A DNA stretch of 64,000 bases from a bacterium (GCA_043804925.1 JAZDIP010000047.1:14987-78986), one strand, 5' to 3'. Positions 51,227 to 61,207 are shown, numbered from the stretch's first letter. Notes: generated by a model from the letters alone, not told the origin. A program made the numbers and translations.

Positions 51227-51868
51227 ATGATAATTTTGCATGACAGAAAATATTTTGCCTGTCCTTGCTGCGGGTATCTTAAGCGGGGAATGGAATACAG
51301 GTCCTTTAATACATGCGGATTCTCCCAATGGTCAGATGGTGTTAATTTGTATCCGATGTTTCCTTCATTTCCTGCAATATTTAAATGCCATTTTTGTGGA
51401 ACATTTTTTTGGTCAAAGGATAAGATTGAGTTTGATATTAACCCTTACTCTGAATTATCAGGGAAAATTTACAAACATACAGACAGTTTATTGGAATTAA
51501 CTGTTCACGAGTATTATGAAGCAATTGAAAGCAATTTATGTAATTCAAAAGAAATCGAAAAAATGTTGAGAATTCAGGCATGGCATAGATGGAATGATAC
51601 ACTTCGTGGCAATGGAGACAAAACTGTTTTCACGATTCCGAAAAGAGTCCAACACTGGAGATATAACTTAAATACTTTGTTGAATCTTCTCGATGAAAGT
51701 AAAGAAGAAGAATGCCTTATTAAAGCTGAGGTACTTCGCAATCTAAGAAGATATCGGGAAGCAAAAGCACTTCTTTTTAAGGTACACGATAATAAACATC
51801 AAGAATTTATTAATAAGTTGATTTTCTTTTGTGAAAAAGAAGAATGGGAAGTTAAAAGAATAAAGTGA
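51227..51868 (+). CDS. hypothetical zinc-ribbon protein (paralog A)
   Basis: CPCCG..(x30)..CHFCG. Shares WSDGVN, RWND and EC(L/M)(I/M)K(A/G)E(V/I)(L/C)RNL motifs with 52004..52693. Confidence 0.5.
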   Translation: MIILHDRKYFACPCCGYLKRGMEYRSFNTCGFSQWSDGVNLYPMFPSFPAIFKCHFCGTFFWSKDKIEFDINPYSELSGKIYKHTDSLLELTVHEYYEAIESNLCNSKEIEKMLRIQAWHRWNDTLRGNGDKTVFTIPKRVQHWRYNLNTLLNLLDESKEEECLIKAEVLRNLRRYREAKALLFKVHDNKHQEFINKLIFFCEKEEWEVKRIK

Positions 51869-52003
51869 AATTAATTACTTTAAATTATATTTAAATTTAG
51901 TGTAATAATATCAAAGGTAATTATGTGATACTTGAATTGACGGATTTGACAAACAACAGATTGAGTGTTATTTAATATTTTAACATTAAAACGGGATAAG
52001 ATA

Positions 52004-52693
52004 GTGATTTTAGATGAAGAATATAGTTTTATTGCTTGTCCATATTGCGGACATCCAAAAAAAATTATGACGATGATATCCGGTAATTTTTGCTGGTATT
52101 CAAGATGGTCTGATGGTGTCAATATTTTCCCAATGCTACTTTCATATCCAACAGTACTGAAGTGTAAAGGTTGTTGTGCTTTTTATTGGTTCGAAGAAAG
52201 AATAGAAATTGAAGACAGGGAATTTACGGAATTTGGTAGAAAACTATCAAAAATTGCTGATAAATTAACAACATTGTCTGTTGAGGAATACTACGAAGCT
52301 ATTAATAATAAAGTATTTTGTTTTAATGCAGAAATAGAAAAAAAACTTAGAATTTTAGCTTGGCGACGCTGGAACGATAATTTTCGCGGAAATGCTAATA
52401 AAATCCAAGTTGAATTTCCTGATAGAACTGAACAATGGATTGGTAATGAATTCCTATTTGATTGTTCCGACAGGACAAAACAATGGACAGATAATTTGAA
52501 TGTACTAAATAATTTGCTCAACGATAATGATGAAACGGAATGTTTGATGAAAGGAGAAATTTGCCGGAATCTTGGCAGGTTTCAGGAAGCAAAAGGAATA
52601 CTGATGAAATTAAATAATCCAAAATATCAAAATATTATTTCACAATTGATTCGCTTTTGCGATATGCGGGTAACAGAAGTTAGAGCAATTTAA
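52004..52693 (+). CDS. hypothetical zinc-ribbon protein (paralog B); preceded by a relic of the HD-gene 3' end
   Basis: About 35-40% identical to 51227..51868 over the full length. GTG start chosen by alignment with paralog A. The ORF track start (51965) runs into the relic. Confidence 0.45.
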   Translation: MILDEEYSFIACPYCGHPKKIMTMISGNFCWYSRWSDGVNIFPMLLSYPTVLKCKGCCAFYWFEERIEIEDREFTEFGRKLSKIADKLTTLSVEEYYEAINNKVFCFNAEIEKKLRILAWRRWNDNFRGNANKIQVEFPDRTEQWIGNEFLFDCSDRTKQWTDNLNVLNNLLNDNDETECLMKGEICRNLGRFQEAKGILMKLNNPKYQNIISQLIRFCDMRVTEVRAI

Positions 52694-53099
52694 TAAACCG
52701 TTCTTAATGTTTTTATTGGAGAAGTTGTTTCATTTACTTTGCTCCGAACTATTAATATCCAATAGGAGAAGGTTATCCGGATTTTTCTTTCAGCCAAGAG
52801 ATTATAAGAAACACCGGAATAAAAAATTCAGTATTTGTTCTTGGAGATTGTCTGACAATGCATTTTAAGTTCCTTGAAGAATTGATTTTATGTTCGAAAA
52901 ATTAAACATTGACATTAAGATTATTATTAATTATATTTGAAAATGATACTTTTCCAATATTGAAGAAATTTACAAAAAAATTATATATAGAAAATATTAT
53001 TTTTGAAACATTTTTAGAATTACCGGGATATAGGTAATAAGTATTTCTTAGCAATTTTGATAAGAAAATAAGTAGTTTATTAAATAAATTGGAGGTATC

Positions 53100-53306
53100 A
53101 TGAGAACTTTAATATTCTTTCTTGTCGCTGTATTATTCTTCTTTATAACAATATCTAATAATATTCTTCCCTCTGAAGAATACTGGCGTGTTTATAACAC
53201 TGATAATTCATCCATACGTTCAAATCGAATTCAGTGTCTGAATATTGATAAAAATGGTAAGATTTGGGTAGGAACAGATAATAATATCAACATTAACAAA
53301 TTATAA
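53100..53306 (+). pseudogene. truncated N-terminal fragment of a Reg_prop beta-propeller gene (signal peptide plus one repeat)
   Basis: The 68-aa NSSIRSNRIQCLNIDKNGKIWVGTDNNI matches the repeat unit of 7263..9416 (NSPLPSNYVRALKFDNQNNLWICTKGG), then stops. Confidence 0.35.
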
Positions 53307-53318
53307 GGAAAAACCAAA

Positions 53319-53939
53319 ATGGCACAATTTATTAATAATGTTTGGGATTATATTATTCTAAGATGTAACGATACACCTTTTTTTAAAATTATTTGTATAT
53401 TATTCGGATTACTGATTGTTTTACTAATACTAAATATCATATCAATTAGACGTAAAGGACTACCTTCATTGTATTCAATATTAATAACATTTATATTTCA
53501 GCCGTTTTACTATTATGGATTTTTGTTATGTACTCTTCCTTTCATAATTGGTTATATAACAGGTCGTTCTACTAAGAAACAAATAGATCCAGGAGATATG
53601 TTTTCTAAAAGAATAAAATTATCTGATGCTCAGTATTTAAACTTTGTTAATCAAGTATTAAACTTACCAAATTCAATAGCTGGCAGAAGATTGATTGTAA
53701 ATGGACCAAGTAACGTTAAGCAGAGTTTAATGTGGCATTCGTTTGATGCGTTTTTATTCAAAATTTCACCTTTTATTTCAATTCTTATTTCACCAGGTTT
53801 TTTCTATTATTGGCACTTATCATACCTAACAGGTGAATTGTGGAATCAATATTCATTGACATTAATTTTTGGAAGTTGGGCTTATGGAACTGGCATTGGC
53901 TATCTGGTGAAATATTACAAAGCTAATAAATATTATTAA
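53319..53939 (+). CDS. hypothetical integral membrane protein
   Basis: About 5 TM helices. No recognised motif. Confidence 0.4.
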   Translation: MAQFINNVWDYIILRCNDTPFFKIICILFGLLIVLLILNIISIRRKGLPSLYSILITFIFQPFYYYGFLLCTLPFIIGYITGRSTKKQIDPGDMFSKRIKLSDAQYLNFVNQVLNLPNSIAGRRLIVNGPSNVKQSLMWHSFDAFLFKISPFISILISPGFFYYWHLSYLTGELWNQYSLTLIFGSWAYGTGIGYLVKYYKANKYY

Positions 53940-53958
53940 TATAATTTTAGGTACAATC

Positions 53959-55674
53959 ATGGTTTTATTTTACATATCACTATTTATGAGATTACTTGGT
54001 GTAGTTTGTCTTTTCAGCTTGATTGGGCATTCGATTGTTTCGATTAATGGATGGATAAAGAAAGCAATACTATTAATTTTATTTATTTTTGGTGGATATT
54101 ACTTTTATTTTGAGCAAATCGATATGCTGGAAGAAAGCTTTTCATCTTTCCCATACTGGATTAGTATAGTGCTATTAATTTTATTTGTTTTATTCTTTTT
54201 ATCTGGATTTAGAAAAGATTATGATATTAGAGCAAATACTAAGAAGCTTAGCTTATTATTTTATATTTATATTACTATTGCAATTATTAAATTCTTCATA
54301 ACATCATCAAATGAATTTGTATGGTCTAAATTCTTCAATATTTTTGGATTTTATGGCGCACAATTATTTCTTACTTTCTTGCTCTGGCTAATTATTTATT
54401 TAATAATGCGAATATTTAAAATAAGAAACAAAGAACTAGCTCTTGTCATTTCGATAGCTTTAATTGTAATTAATTTTAGTGGTTTTTATGATGTATCCAA
54501 GTATTATATTTTCCCTTATTTAGGACTTCACATAAACCAAAGGTATTTAATTGCTTTATGTATATTATCAGGAATATGGCTTGGAAAACAAGGTTATGGC
54601 TTAAGAACAAATCAACAAGTATCAATGCTAGAATTTAAAAATACTTTTAATGGATTGATAGTATTTATCTTTAAATATTATTTTTGGTTTGCGATGATGA
54701 TTAACTTTATGCGGACAACTACTTTTCAATATAATCCTTTTTATCGTGGTTATAATCCTTTTCATCCGGGTGGTTATGATAATTCACCACAATACTTTAA
54801 AATAGATGAGTTAAACTTTTCAGAATTAATAATCTTTCTTCCTTTAATAACTTTTAGTTATGGCCTTTTAGCTGGCTTTTTACTTTATTATAAAAAAAGG
54901 GAAGATGGAAATATTGTAATGGAATCACTTAACAAGAATAAAGAAAGCTGGCTTCAAAGAAAAATGAGAGAATCGCAAGAATTGGCAAAAACCGAAGAAT
55001 CAAAGAGAATAATTAATAAAGTAAATGGTTCTGAAGATAATTATGAGAAAGATAAAGAATATTTCATCGATGAAAACAAAAAAATTGCTGCCCAAATATT
55101 TATAAATAAAGCTGTTTATTGTATGGATAAAAATAACTTTAAAAAAGCCCTAAAATTTTTTAATAGAGCTACTACCTATGACCCAAAAAATGAAAAAGCA
55201 TGGTTTGGCAGTGCCTTAAGTAAATCCTCACTAAAAGATTATACCGATTCAATTAAAGATTATGATGAAGCAATAAAAATTGATTCAGGCAATGATTTAT
55301 TTTATTGTAAAAGGGGAATATCAAAAAAGTACATTGGTGATATTGACGGTGCAATAAATGATTATAATAAAGCTTTAGAATTAAATCCTTTGAATGACGA
55401 TGGATTTTATTGTCGAGCTATTGCTAAAAAGAGTTTGGGAAAAATTCAAGAAGCTATCTTCGATTACGATAAAGCCATTGAATTAAATCCAAATATTTCT
55501 CAATATTATTTTAATAGAGGTAATGCTAAGCGTGAAATAGGATATGATCATGAAGCATTATCTGATTATAAGGAAGCTGTTAGACTAGATCCAAATAATT
55601 TAAGCATGAGAAATAACCTTGATGCATTAGAAATGGATCTCAAAATGTATGGAAGAAGTAAAGAAAATTATTAA
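53959..55674 (+). CDS. polytopic membrane protein with C-terminal cytoplasmic TPR repeats
   Basis: About 9 TM helices, then five TPR units (AWFGSALSKSSLKDYTDSIKDYDEAIKIDSGNDLFYCKRG...). Confidence 0.55.
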   Translation: MVLFYISLFMRLLGVVCLFSLIGHSIVSINGWIKKAILLILFIFGGYYFYFEQIDMLEESFSSFPYWISIVLLILFVLFFLSGFRKDYDIRANTKKLSLLFYIYITIAIIKFFITSSNEFVWSKFFNIFGFYGAQLFLTFLLWLIIYLIMRIFKIRNKELALVISIALIVINFSGFYDVSKYYIFPYLGLHINQRYLIALCILSGIWLGKQGYGLRTNQQVSMLEFKNTFNGLIVFIFKYYFWFAMMINFMRTTTFQYNPFYRGYNPFHPGGYDNSPQYFKIDELNFSELIIFLPLITFSYGLLAGFLLYYKKREDGNIVMESLNKNKESWLQRKMRESQELAKTEESKRIINKVNGSEDNYEKDKEYFIDENKKIAAQIFINKAVYCMDKNNFKKALKFFNRATTYDPKNEKAWFGSALSKSSLKDYTDSIKDYDEAIKIDSGNDLFYCKRGISKKYIGDIDGAINDYNKALELNPLNDDGFYCRAIAKKSLGKIQEAIFDYDKAIELNPNISQYYFNRGNAKREIGYDHEALSDYKEAVRLDPNNLSMRNNLDALEMDLKMYGRSKENY

Positions 55675-55712
55675 CTGGCTTTAGAACAAATCAGAATGAA
55701 AAAAAAGATATT

Positions 55713-56171
55713 ATGACAGCACAAGTTAGAGAAATATTGATAATAAAAGGCGAAAAGCATGGTCTGTCATGCGTGCCTGCTATTCTTGAAAATGCGGAAT
55801 ACTTAGAAAAACTTGAACCTGATAAAGGGAAAAAGTATTATTCAGGGATTTTTGGTTCTACGGCTTGTTGGAGAAGGTATAGAGCTACTTGGGAAATCAA
55901 AGAGGATAAATTTTATTTTGTGGATATCGAAGGAGCATATAGAAAGAAAAACATGGAGCCAATATTCGCAGAGTGGTTCTCGGGTATAATAAAATATCCG
56001 CAAGGAAAGTTACTGAAGCGTGTTCATCTTGGCTTCTTCTCTGTTTACGAAGAAGAAGTTCTCATAAGAATAGAATCCGGTGTTGTTCTATCAATAGAAA
56101 TTATTGACAACCGGAAAAGGTACTTTGACGAATGGACATTTCGATTTTGGGATAGATGGCAATTGCAGTGA
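55713..56171 (+). CDS. hypothetical protein, uncharacterised ~150 aa family (paralog 1)
   Basis: Shares CWRRY, TWEIK.DK, DIEG.YRK.N.EPIFA.W.SG and PQG.LLK..HLG motifs with 57770..58225 (about 40% identity). Confidence 0.5.
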   Translation: MTAQVREILIIKGEKHGLSCVPAILENAEYLEKLEPDKGKKYYSGIFGSTACWRRYRATWEIKEDKFYFVDIEGAYRKKNMEPIFAEWFSGIIKYPQGKLLKRVHLGFFSVYEEEVLIRIESGVVLSIEIIDNRKRYFDEWTFRFWDRWQLQ

Positions 56172-56208
56172 AAATAATTTTTTTTATAATATAAAGAAAG
56201 GTACTATA

Positions 56209-57759
56209 GTGAAAGCAAAATTATTCAACTTATTATTTATCAATATAATAATATTTACATTATCAGTCTTTGCACAGAATGAAACCCAAATTAAAATTAC
56301 AAAAGACATACAATTCATAGGAAAACCTGAAAATCTTGGTAGAAATGTAAATTCCATTTATCCTGAAAATGTTCCTATAATATCTCCGGATGGGAAAACA
56401 TTATTTTTTGCTCTGAAAAATCATCCCGAAAATATTGGAGGATTAAACACCGGTTATGATATTTGGCTAAGCAAATTGGGTATAGATGGGAAATGGCAAA
56501 CAGCTTATAATATTGGGAAGCCATTAAATACTGAAAGTCATAACTTTGTATGTTCAATTTCTCCCGATGGAAACACACTTCTTTTGGGAAATACTTATGG
56601 TCACGGCGAAGGAGTTTCAATTAGCCATAAAACAAAAGACGGCTGGTCATTTCCGGAAAAACTTATAATTGATAGCTTTTATAATAGGGGTGGTCATGTA
56701 TCTTGTTTTTTAGCAAATGACAATAAAACTCTTTTAATGGCTGTTCAAAGAGATGATAGTTATGGTGAACAGGACATATACGTCAGTTTTCTTGAGGATG
56801 ATGATTCTTGGTCAGAGCCGATGAATCTGGGTAAAACGGTAAATACATCATCGGTAGATGGATGTCCTTTTTTGGCTTCTGACAGTAAGACTTTGTTTTT
56901 TTCTTCTAATGGTTACCCCGGGTATGGAGGTCGTGACATTTATATGACAAAAAGATTGGATGACAGCTGGCAAAAATGGTCTGAACCAGAAAATTTAGGT
57001 AATCAAATAAATTCCGCAAAGTCTGAAATATACTTTACTATTCCTTCATCCGGGGATTATGCTTATTTTTCATCAGATGAAAACAGTTATGGTGAAAGTG
57101 ATATTTTCAGGATTAAAATGAAAACAAAGGCAAATAATGTTTTGATTTATGGAAAAGTATTTAATAAAAAAACAAATAAACCGATTACAGATAAGACAGT
57201 TATAATAAGATATGAAAGATTATCCGATGGCAAAGAAGTTGGGATGGCAAGGACTAATCCGGCAAACGGAGAATATAAAATAACATTGCCTCATGGTGAG
57301 TTATATGCTTTCAGGGGAGAATCAGTTGGATATTGGGGTATAAGTGAAAACATGGATTTAAGAGCCGATTCCTTACGTAATTATAATGAAATTGAAAAAA
57401 ATTTATCTCTTTCACCTTATGACACACTTAAGGTCAATGTGTTCTTCGATTTAAATTTATCAGAGTTAAGACAAGAATCGTTCCCCGATTTGAATCGTGC
57501 AGCAAAGCTTATAAATGATAATCCAAGATGGAATGTCAAAGTTGAAGGGCATACCTGTGATAGAGGGACAACACCTTTTAATAAAAAATTATCCAAGGAT
57601 AGGGCAAAATCTGTAGAGGATTATCTTACAAGGGAAGGGATTGACATTAAGCGAATTAACTCAGAAGGATACGGAGAAAGCAAGCGAATTTGTCTTGATA
57701 CCTTAGAAGTATGTCGTGAAAAGAACAGGCGTGTTGAGATTATTATTGATAAGAAATAG
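56209..57759 (+). CDS. PD40 repeat protein with C-terminal OmpA domain (paralog of 32255..33895)
   Basis: Signal peptide after a GTG start at 56209 (the ORF track start at 56104 overlaps the upstream gene). SPDGKTLFFA/SPDGNTLLLG PD40 units. C-terminal EGHTCDRGTTPFNKKLSKDRAKSVEDYL...NRRVEI is OmpA-like. Confidence 0.75.
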   Translation: MKAKLFNLLFINIIIFTLSVFAQNETQIKITKDIQFIGKPENLGRNVNSIYPENVPIISPDGKTLFFALKNHPENIGGLNTGYDIWLSKLGIDGKWQTAYNIGKPLNTESHNFVCSISPDGNTLLLGNTYGHGEGVSISHKTKDGWSFPEKLIIDSFYNRGGHVSCFLANDNKTLLMAVQRDDSYGEQDIYVSFLEDDDSWSEPMNLGKTVNTSSVDGCPFLASDSKTLFFSSNGYPGYGGRDIYMTKRLDDSWQKWSEPENLGNQINSAKSEIYFTIPSSGDYAYFSSDENSYGESDIFRIKMKTKANNVLIYGKVFNKKTNKPITDKTVIIRYERLSDGKEVGMARTNPANGEYKITLPHGELYAFRGESVGYWGISENMDLRADSLRNYNEIEKNLSLSPYDTLKVNVFFDLNLSELRQESFPDLNRAAKLINDNPRWNVKVEGHTCDRGTTPFNKKLSKDRAKSVEDYLTREGIDIKRINSEGYGESKRICLDTLEVCREKNRRVEIIIDKK

Positions 57760-57769
57760 AAAATAAGAT

Positions 57770-58225
57770 ATGACTACACAAATAAAAGAAATATTAATTT
57801 TGAATGGTAAAAAGACTATTATGTTAAGTGAACCGGACATCCCTGTGGATTCTGAGTTCATCGAGGATTTACTAAAAGAAGATGGAATTGAGAGTCTTCC
57901 TGATAAGTTTAAGTTTTCGGATTGTTGGAGAAGGTATCTGGGCACATGGGAAATAAAGGGTGATAAATTATTTTTGATAGATATTGAAGGGAGTTATCGA
58001 AAAAATAATAAAGAACCAATATTCGCCGATTGGTATTCCGGGACAATTATTGTTCCACAAGGTAGATTGCTCAAAAATATACATCTAGGTTATAAACAAA
58101 TTTACGAAGAAGAAATTCAAATTGAGATTGAGCAAGGGTTTGTTCAATCAATAGCGGTAATTGATAACAGAGGAAAAAAAGATGTATCGAATTTTAAAAT
58201 ATGGGATTGGCGGAAGTTGGAATGA
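57770..58225 (+). CDS. hypothetical protein, uncharacterised ~150 aa family (paralog 2)
   Basis: See 55713..56171. The two paralogs bracket the PD40-OmpA gene. Confidence 0.5.
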   Translation: MTTQIKEILILNGKKTIMLSEPDIPVDSEFIEDLLKEDGIESLPDKFKFSDCWRRYLGTWEIKGDKLFLIDIEGSYRKNNKEPIFADWYSGTIIVPQGRLLKNIHLGYKQIYEEEIQIEIEQGFVQSIAVIDNRGKKDVSNFKIWDWRKLE

Positions 58226-58305
58226 AAAAAAACATTTCCTGCTTAGTTCATTTAAATAAGAATTAGAAAAATAATGAAAAGGAAACAGCAATCGATAAAA
58301 AACTG

Positions 58306-58851
58306 TTGATATTAGACCTTGATGAAACTTTAATTCATGCTTCAACAATCACCAATAAAAATGGTAATAAGCATGATTTTATGTTTGAAAGATATTATGT
58401 TTATAAAAGACCTTTTCTCAAACAGTTTCTGGAATATTGTCTGGTTAATTTTCAGGTGGCAGTTTGGTCTTCTGCCTCGGAGGAATATGTTGAACATATA
58501 GTCAGAGAGATTTTTCCTAATCCTGGAGAACTTATTTTTATATGGGGAAGAAATAAGTGTACAAACAGAATTTCAGAAAAAGACAGATACAGTTCTTATT
58601 TCTCAGGACCTATCCAATTAAAAAACCTGAGAAAGGTTAAAAGAAAAGGGTATGACTTAAGAAAAGTTATTGTTATTGATAATACATTGATTTGTCACCA
58701 AAAAAATTATGGAAATTTGATTCATGTTGAAGATTACGAAGCCAATCCTGATGATAAAGAGTTGATTTATCTTATGAAATATCTCGAGCTGATTAAGGAT
58801 GAACCAAATATCCGGGCAATTGAGAAAAGAGGATGGAGAAGTCAGGTTTAA
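58306..58851 (+). CDS. NIF/FCP1-like (CTD-phosphatase-like, HAD superfamily) phosphatase
   Basis: (L)ILDLDETLIHAS is the DxDxT signature of NLI-interacting-factor-like phosphatases. TTG start. An upstream ATG (58274) is out of frame by one A in an A6 run. Confidence 0.6.
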   Translation: MILDLDETLIHASTITNKNGNKHDFMFERYYVYKRPFLKQFLEYCLVNFQVAVWSSASEEYVEHIVREIFPNPGELIFIWGRNKCTNRISEKDRYSSYFSGPIQLKNLRKVKRKGYDLRKVIVIDNTLICHQKNYGNLIHVEDYEANPDDKELIYLMKYLELIKDEPNIRAIEKRGWRSQV

Positions 58852-58890
58852 ATGGAAATTGAAAAGAATTATTAAATGAGATTATAAACA

Positions 58891-59400
58891 ATGATAACTT
58901 TAACAGGTGAAAATTGCAAAATATTCGAAACGTACTTACAAAGTACTATATCACAATTAGGATATGATTTGCTCAAGGATAAATGCTCAGATACGAGTAT
59001 CCATCAATACCGGTTTATTTGGGATCGCTCGTTTCACGATTTGATAATAATAACAATAAATATAAAAGAAAATGATTTTGGAGAATTGCATTTTCAAAAA
59101 TTTAACAAAGAAAAACCTATAACTGAAGATAGTATTGTCATTGACAGTCATCTTAAACTTTTTCCGGCTAATATTTATAATTTATTTAATGTAATTGATA
59201 AATATGATTTTTGGAATACTCCTTCCGGTAATCCATATTTTATGGGCTTAGACGGTTCAATGTGGATAATCGAAGGATTAAGAGACGGCATATACCATTA
59301 CATTGAAAGATGGTGGCCATTACAGCATGAAAATGTAGCATCGGGTATTGGATTAAAGATGCTTGGATTGAGTAGGATTAAGATTGATATAATATATTAG
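58891..59400 (+). CDS. hypothetical protein (copy 1 of a near-identical duplicated gene)
   Basis: Residues from HQYRFIWDRSFHD to the C-terminus are about 95% identical at the DNA level to 60755..61207. Confidence 0.5.
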   Translation: MITLTGENCKIFETYLQSTISQLGYDLLKDKCSDTSIHQYRFIWDRSFHDLIIITINIKENDFGELHFQKFNKEKPITEDSIVIDSHLKLFPANIYNLFNVIDKYDFWNTPSGNPYFMGLDGSMWIIEGLRDGIYHYIERWWPLQHENVASGIGLKMLGLSRIKIDIIY

Positions 59401-59563
59401 TAGATTCAAAAATCTGGACCTAATGTGCAATGAATATTATTTTTTATTTCATTTGAAGATACTTAAAATTGATACATTTATTCAATGTAATTAAAATTAC
59501 TTTAAAATCAGCTTATTGCTTTTATTAGGAAGGAATAGCTCATTACAGCATTTATGTATAAAG

Positions 59564-60355
59564 TTAGATTTCATTGAGTAATTTCATCCAATAATCTGTT
59601 TTTTTTTCATCGCCAATTTTCCGATAAGCTTCAGATAAATTTTTGATAACATTTATTGAATAACTTGGATTGTACTTTTTAAAATATTTCCAACTTTTTT
59701 TAAAATATCTTAAAGCATCTTTTGGATTATTCTCTAGTAAAAGAAATTCACCATAATTATTATCTAACTCTGCAATAGATGATTTTTTGCCTTTTAGCAA
59801 ATATCTTGCGGATTCAAAACTGAGAATAGCACTATCATAATCAAGTATATAAGTATACAACCTAGCCCTTAACATAGAAATAATTCCGAGTCCGAAGTTA
59901 TCATTAATATCTTGAAAGTATACTAAATATGGTAATCCATCTGCATCTAATTTTTTTAAAGCCTCATTATATTTTCCTTGCAGAATCAATGAAGTTATCA
60001 ATATTGAAAAAGCTTGAGCTTTGACTATAAGATTAACATTAGAATCTAGTATTTCATCAATGAGTAATTCTGCCTCGTTAAAAAGAGATATCTTAATCAT
60101 ACTATCAGCTTTGTGTACTTTCATCTTACCAGCACTATTTAAATCATTAAATTCTATACAAATATTAGTTGCTTTTTCGTAATTTTCAATTGCCAATGAA
60201 TGTTCTGATAAGCAATCGTAACTTAGCCCAATATGGTTGTAAGAGTCTGCGTTGTTTGGATTTTTTTCAATAGACTTCATAAAAGCATCAATTGCTTGAT
60301 GAAATTTTCCCTTTTGGAAGAATTTTAAACCATTGATAAATTCCAAATTATTCAA
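59564..60355 (-). CDS. TPR-repeat protein
   Basis: 263 aa of tandem TPR-like helices. Inverted relative to, and sandwiched between, the duplicated genes. Confidence 0.55.
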   Translation of the reverse strand: MNNLEFINGLKFFQKGKFHQAIDAFMKSIEKNPNNADSYNHIGLSYDCLSEHSLAIENYEKATNICIEFNDLNSAGKMKVHKADSMIKISLFNEAELLIDEILDSNVNLIVKAQAFSILITSLILQGKYNEALKKLDADGLPYLVYFQDINDNFGLGIISMLRARLYTYILDYDSAILSFESARYLLKGKKSSIAELDNNYGEFLLLENNPKDALRYFKKSWKYFKKYNPSYSINVIKNLSEAYRKIGDEKKTDYWMKLLNEI

Positions 60356-60754
60356 ATGTTAAATTTCAAATTATAAGAAAAAAAAAGATAATTCTTGATA
60401 CAAAAATAAAAAAAATTGTTAGTAAAACCAATATTACAGACTTTTTATAAAAATATCATGAAAATCTAATGAAAATAAGTAAAAACTTCAATATTTTAAC
60501 TTATTATAATATAGGCTAGTTACATTAATATTATTATTTTTCAAATCCAACCAAATCAAAAAAGAATAAAGAAGTGGTATTACGGTGTATGCCTTTACTA
60601 GGGGGTATTCATCCATACTTATTTTCTCATTTAACACAATTTAATATTATTCAACATAATTTTACCTTAGTTAAAACATCAGACTGAGAATCCGGATGCA
60701 ATACTTCCCTGAAAATATAACAGACAGTATATTTGAAAAATTTCATTCTACTTT

Positions 60755-61207
60755 TTGTCAAAATTAAATCAGAAATCAATATTTGAAGAAATGTCTGATA
60801 GCAAAAAACATAAATACCGGTTTATTTGGGACCGTTCTTTTCATGATATGATAGTAATAACAATTAATGTCCTGGAAAATGATTTTGGAGAATTACATTT
60901 CCAAAAATTCTGCAAAGAAAAACCTATAACTGAAGATAGTATTGTCATTGACAGTCATCTTAAGCTTTTTCCGGCAAATATTTATAATTTATTTAATGTG
61001 ATTGATAAGTATGATTTTTGGAATACTCCTTCCGGTAATCCATATTTTATGGGCTTAGACGCTTCAATGTGGATAATCGAAGGATTAAGAGACGGCATAT
61101 ACCATTACATTGAAAGATGGTGGCCATTACAGCATGAAAATGTAGCATCGGGTATTGGTTTGAAGATGCTTGGATTGAGCAGGATAAAAATTGATATTAT
61201 ATATTGA
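60755..61207 (+). CDS. hypothetical protein (copy 2 of duplicated gene)
   Basis: About 95% nucleotide identity with 58990-59400. Only the N-terminal ~20 aa differ. Confidence 0.5.
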   Translation: MSKLNQKSIFEEMSDSKKHKYRFIWDRSFHDMIVITINVLENDFGELHFQKFCKEKPITEDSIVIDSHLKLFPANIYNLFNVIDKYDFWNTPSGNPYFMGLDASMWIIEGLRDGIYHYIERWWPLQHENVASGIGLKMLGLSRIKIDIIY

